NCBI GenBank assembly: GCA_030704615.1
Contig: CM060733.1
Coordinates: 10,912,001-10,976,000 of the forward strand
Direction of reading: 5' to 3'
From: Takakia lepidozioides
Lineage: Eukaryota; Plantae; Bryophyta
DNA length: 64,000 nucleotides
Within the stretch, counting starts at the first letter, position 1; each line of letters starts with the position of its first letter. Shown here piece by piece: positions 59,831-64,000 of the stretch. The translations under genes were made by a program, and so were the position numbers. The notes beneath the pieces were generated by a model, which saw nothing but the letters and a program-made list of their open reading frames with translations, did not search any database and was not told where the DNA came from.

Positions 59831-62441
59831 GTAGTGGGCATGACAAGGTGTAGTTGACAAGTGATCCAAGGTCTAGCTGGTGGGATCTCAACGCCATGGA
59901 TACTCAATTGAAGATCATGGATTGCAAGCAGACGACTAACGATGGGGCTCTCATTGCACCCGGCCTCTTGATCCATATACTTTAGAAAATTGGGAGATGT
60001 GTGATTGAAGACCAAGCGATGATCTTATTGAGATTGTGTGCTTAGAATGTATGGTAGACAACGATGTATGTTGTGGCACGATGCTTAGGTGCACGACAAA
60101 CAGAATGCCTCAACGATCTTTGATCACTTGGACTATGATGTTGGCAGGATTTACGAAGCATGGGTGTGGTAGGAATGTTTTGGAGATCTATGAGCAAATG
60201 TTGTGTAAAGAGGTGAAGCCCAACCACATCACATTTGTTTGTGTTTGCAATGCGTGTGCAAGCCTAGGAGCTCTGGAAAAGGGGAAAGAGGTCCATGCTG
60301 ACATCGTCAAAGCTGGAATTGTACCAGATGTCATTCTGAATAGTGCCCTGGTGGACATGTATGCCAATTGTGGGTGCATTAAGGATGCGAAGGGAGTTTT
60401 CAACACCATGACTGAACGAGATGTGGTGTCATGGAACATGGTGCTTGCATGGTATCCACAACAGGGATGTGGTATGGAGGCTTGGGAGACCTATGATCAA
60501 ATGATGGGGGAAGGGGTGAAGCCCGACCACATCATGTTTCTGTGCATTTGCAATGCGTGTGCAAGCTTGGCAGAAAAGGGCAAAGAGGTCCATGGCGACA
60601 TTGTCAGAGCTGCAATTGTACCAAATGGCATTATGAACAATACCCTCGTGGACATGTATGAAGGGAGTGTTTGACAGTATGGCTGAACGTGATGTGGTGT
60701 CGTGGAGTGCGATGATTGCAAGATGTGCACAGCAAGGGCGCGAGATGGAGGCCTTGGAGACCTATGAGCAAATGGTGTGCGAAGGGGTTGAAGCCCAACC
60801 ACATGACGTTTGTTTGCATTTGCACTGCGTGTGCAAGCCTGACAGTCCTGGAAAAGTGCAAAGAGGTCCATGGTGACATCGTCTAACCTGGAATTGTACC
60901 CGATTTCACTCTGAACACGGCCCTGGTGGACATGTATGTCAAATGTGGGTGCATCGAGGATGCAAATGGAATGTTCGACAGTATGGTTGGACGTGATGTG
61001 GTGTCGTGGAGTGTGATGATTGCAGGATGTGCACAACAAGGGCGCGGGATGGAGGCTTTGGAGACATATGAGCAAATGATGTGCGAAGGGGTTGAAGCCC
61101 AACCACATGACGTTTGTTTGCATTTGCACTGCGTGTGCAAGCCTGGCAGCCCTAGAAAAGAGCAAAGAGGTCCATGGTGACATCGTCAAATCTGGAATTG
61201 TACCCGATTTCACTCTGAACACTGCCCTGATGTCAAATGTGGGTGCATCGAGGATGCAAATGGAGTGTTCGACAGTATGGCTGAACGTGATGCGGTGTCG
61301 TGGCGTGTGATGATTGCAGGATATGCACAACAAGGGTGTGGGATGGAGGCTTTGGAGACATATGAGCAAATGATGTGCAAAGGGGTGAAAACCAACCACA
61401 TCACATTTGTTTGTGTTTGCAATGCGTGTGCAAGCCTGGGAACTCTGGAGGTCCATGGTCATATTGTCAAAGCTGGAATTGTACCAGATGTCATCCTGAA
61501 CACTGCCCTGGTGGACATGTCTGCCAAATGTGGGTGCATTAAGGATGCAAAGGGGAGTTAATTTCAACACTATGGCTGAACGAGATGTGGTGTCGTGGAA
61601 CACGATGCTTGCAGGGGTATGCACAGCAGGGGCATGGGATGGAGGCTTTGGAGACCTATGAGCAAATGATGGGGGAATGGATGAAGTGCAACCACATCAC
61701 GTTTGTGGGCGTTTGCAATGCTTGTGCAAGCCTGGCAGCCTTGGAAAAGGGCAAAGAGGTGCATGGTGACATCATCAAAGCTGGAATTGTACTAAATGTC
61801 ATTCTGGATACTGCCCTAGTGGACATGTATCCAAAATGTGGGTGCATTTGACGATGCAAAGGGAGTATTTGACAATGTGGCTATTGGAAGAAATGCAAAA
61901 GAATGGCTTGAAGCCGGACAATATCACCTTTATATGTGTTCTCTCTACATGCAGCCACACTGGCCTAGTGAATGAAAAAAGACACTACTTCGATTCCTTG
62001 AGTCCATATCATGGTGTCACCCCGCCAGTAAAGCACTTTGGCTACATAGTGGACCTTCTTGGACGTGTTGGACAACTGGATAAGGCAGTGGACCTGATTA
62101 ATAAAATGCCAATCAATCCAGATGTTGTGGTGTGGAAGGGCTTGCTTGGTGCATGGCAATGTGGAGATGGCTGAACGTGTGGCAACATCTATCCTCGAGT
62201 GGGATGAACAGGATGCCGTGACTTATGTGTTGCTATATCAAACATCTATGTTGTAGCTGACAGGTGGGATGATACTACAAAGGTGAGAAAAATGATGAAG
62301 GTCAGAGGGGTTAGAAAGGAGCCAGGTCGCTGCTGCATTGAGGTTGGCAACAGGGTGCACACCTTCGTTGTAGATGACAAGTTGCATCCTAGAATTAAGG
62401 AAATCCATGCTGAGCTGAGAAGATTGTCTGGGCAAATGAAA

Positions 62442-63674
62442 TTAAATGGTGCTTTATAACGTCCGCCGGAAGCTCATAGAGCTTATGGGACAAAATGGAA
62501 GAAAACATGACAGAGGAACAAATTCAGAAACCACAATTAATGTTCTAGCGATTGTCTAAGGGTGAAGGCCTCGTGCAGGTAGGCTGCCAAGCATTTTTTA
62601 TCCTCATAGTGGAAGACATCAGTGAGAGTTTGGGTTCCACTAAATAAATAGTGGAATCTCCCACGGATCTCGTAGTATAGAGGGCAGTAGAAGAAGAAGT
62701 GTTCTTCAGTTTCAATTTCCTTACTGCGCCCTATGCAAGCTGGACATAGGTAGTCCTCCCGTTGCAGGTTTTCCCATCTGCCAGTCTCTATCCATAGGTT
62801 GTGGGAACCCACCCTGAGGGAAGGAGATAAGAATGCTGAAAGGTAATTTGGTCTCAAGATTCTATCATCGCGGAGCACCAAGAATGTCTCTCGATAGAAT
62901 TGGAGCTTTGTCGTGAGATTGGGTAGCTTCCAAGTTTTCTTGACATGTAATTCCATAAGCTCTCTCCTAATGAGTCTGTTGCGGTCATGTCTGGATGTGA
63001 TGTCCACCTCATCTGGATTCATTGGTAATAGGAAAGCAGTAGAAAGTCCGTTACGTTGAAATAAAATGTCCACTCGAGCATACCAGGAGTTCCTGAAACT
63101 TGCAGCTTTGAGCCTCATAGATGTTGTGAGGGCCGTTGCCACGAGCCCCTTGGGTGGAAGGGCCTGTAATCTATGGAGAAAGATTGTACGCCGGAAGAGG
63201 GCCTCGGATTGCAATGGTACACATGCAAACTCTGCACCTAGGATCTGAGATGGAGTTGTGCTCCTGGCGCCAAGCATTGCTTGGAGAAAAAGATGACTGT
63301 AATGGTTCCAAATTCTTTTCCCACCAGGGCAACTTGATAGTGTAGGCTCTCTTTTTGGATCTAATGAGGACTTATAGTGCTTTGAGAGCAAGATTAGTGG
63401 ACTCTAGAGAAGAATTGATATCAAGTAGTAAAGATTTGATGTGTCGTATAGCAATCTTGCATTCCTCATCATAAAATGGTGCATAACGACGAGTGGAGAA
63501 GGGTGAGGAGGTAGATGGAAGGGTGGCAGGAAAGGATCGCAGGGTTGAGTCCCAAAGGGCTTGAGTAAGATGTGTAGCCTTGTCTTTAGGAGATGGTAGA
63601 TGTAGAATGGAGGGGAGGGTTGACGCTAGGTATGTTTCATACTCAGCGTCATGTAAGTGAGAGAAAGGGGTATT
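62442..63674 (-). mobile_element. 5'-truncated, internally deleted LINE inserted in the DYW region of the PPR pseudogene
   Basis: PFYDEECK linker; C-terminal LRVGSHNLWIETGRW..CPAC..ETEEHFFFYCPLY; 3' UTR stem-loop and ATTTC-type tail; RT core absent. Confidence 0.88.
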
Positions 63675-63875
63675 AAAGAGGCGGGGTATGTGCCTGACAC
63701 GCGCTTTGTATTGCATGATGTGGAGGAAAGGAATTTTCTCTTTGCCACCACAGTGAGAAGCTGGCCATTGGTTTTGGGTTGATCAACACGACTCATCAAG
63801 AATCTTCGAGTGTTTGGAGACTGCCACACCTCCACCAAACTCATCTCAAAGATTGTTGGCCGAGCAATTGTTGTA

Positions 63876-64000
63876 TGTTGGTTCAATTAATATCAATGAA
63901 ATTACACCCAACTAAGGGATAACTTATGTGAATAATGAGAAGACGATATACTTATTGCTCCTCCTTTGGGTGTGAGGTCACTGTCATCAGAAGGATTTGT
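63876..64000. mobile_element. Probable LTR start (TGTTG...) truncating the DYW domain; runs off the window
   Basis: DYW homology stops abruptly after RAIVV and TGTTGG begins. Confidence 0.45.

Larger units (their letters stand above)
44077..60098. mobile_element. 16-kb composite retroelement insertion into the PPR paralog
   Basis: Termini TGTCATG...CACGACA; 4-bp TSD AACA at 44073-44076 and 60099-60102; removal restores the PPR frame. Confidence 0.85.
43359..63875 (+). pseudogene. Paralogous PDF-PLS-DYW PPR pseudogene in pieces: 43359-43433, 43617-44076, 60103-62441, 63675-63875
   Basis: PDF motif EKLWNEYFFDPSQWWDNQCKK|IHPRGPDFK; stop at 43980; QVFN|RMPQRSLITW rejoins across the 16-kb insertion; QMK|EAGYVPDT rejoins across the LINE; many frameshifts; [16 protein letters not shown]. 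Confidence 0.9.

Overview
Eukaryotic nuclear DNA from a non-flowering land plant. This is inferred from PLS-class PPR-DYW editing-factor genes occurring with a multi-exon Sfi1-repeat (centriole/basal-body type) gene, which points to a lineage with flagellate sperm and heavy organellar RNA editing. Left to right the window holds: (1) two stacked PIF/Harbinger-type MITEs, the second split by a decayed minus-strand Ty3/gypsy element carrying an extra 5' ORF, a dUTPase-like domain and a tRNA-Ala-like PBS; (2) a ~17-20 kb minus-strand Sfi1-repeat/coiled-coil gene whose introns hold a tRNA-like element, a full-length LINE with a 17-bp TSD and a cluster of LINE 3'-end stem-loop fragments; (3) a PLS-E PPR gene; (4) an intact PLS-DYW gene with an N-terminal OSB-type PDF (ssDNA-binding) motif; (5) its head-to-head pseudogenised paralog, split by a 16-kb nested retroelement block and by a LINE. 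The block contains a chromovirus and a gypsy element encoding a DNMT3-like cytosine-5 methyltransferase (between protease and RT) plus a C-terminal PHD finger. The two elements were scrambled by a ~8.2-kb inversion, supported by an inverted TSD and an in-frame rejoinable gag. Top candidates for new biology are the DNMT+PHD retrotransposon in a land plant and the PDF-PPR-DYW (ssDNA-binder/deaminase) fusion. All domain calls are by-eye motif recognition; no searches were run.
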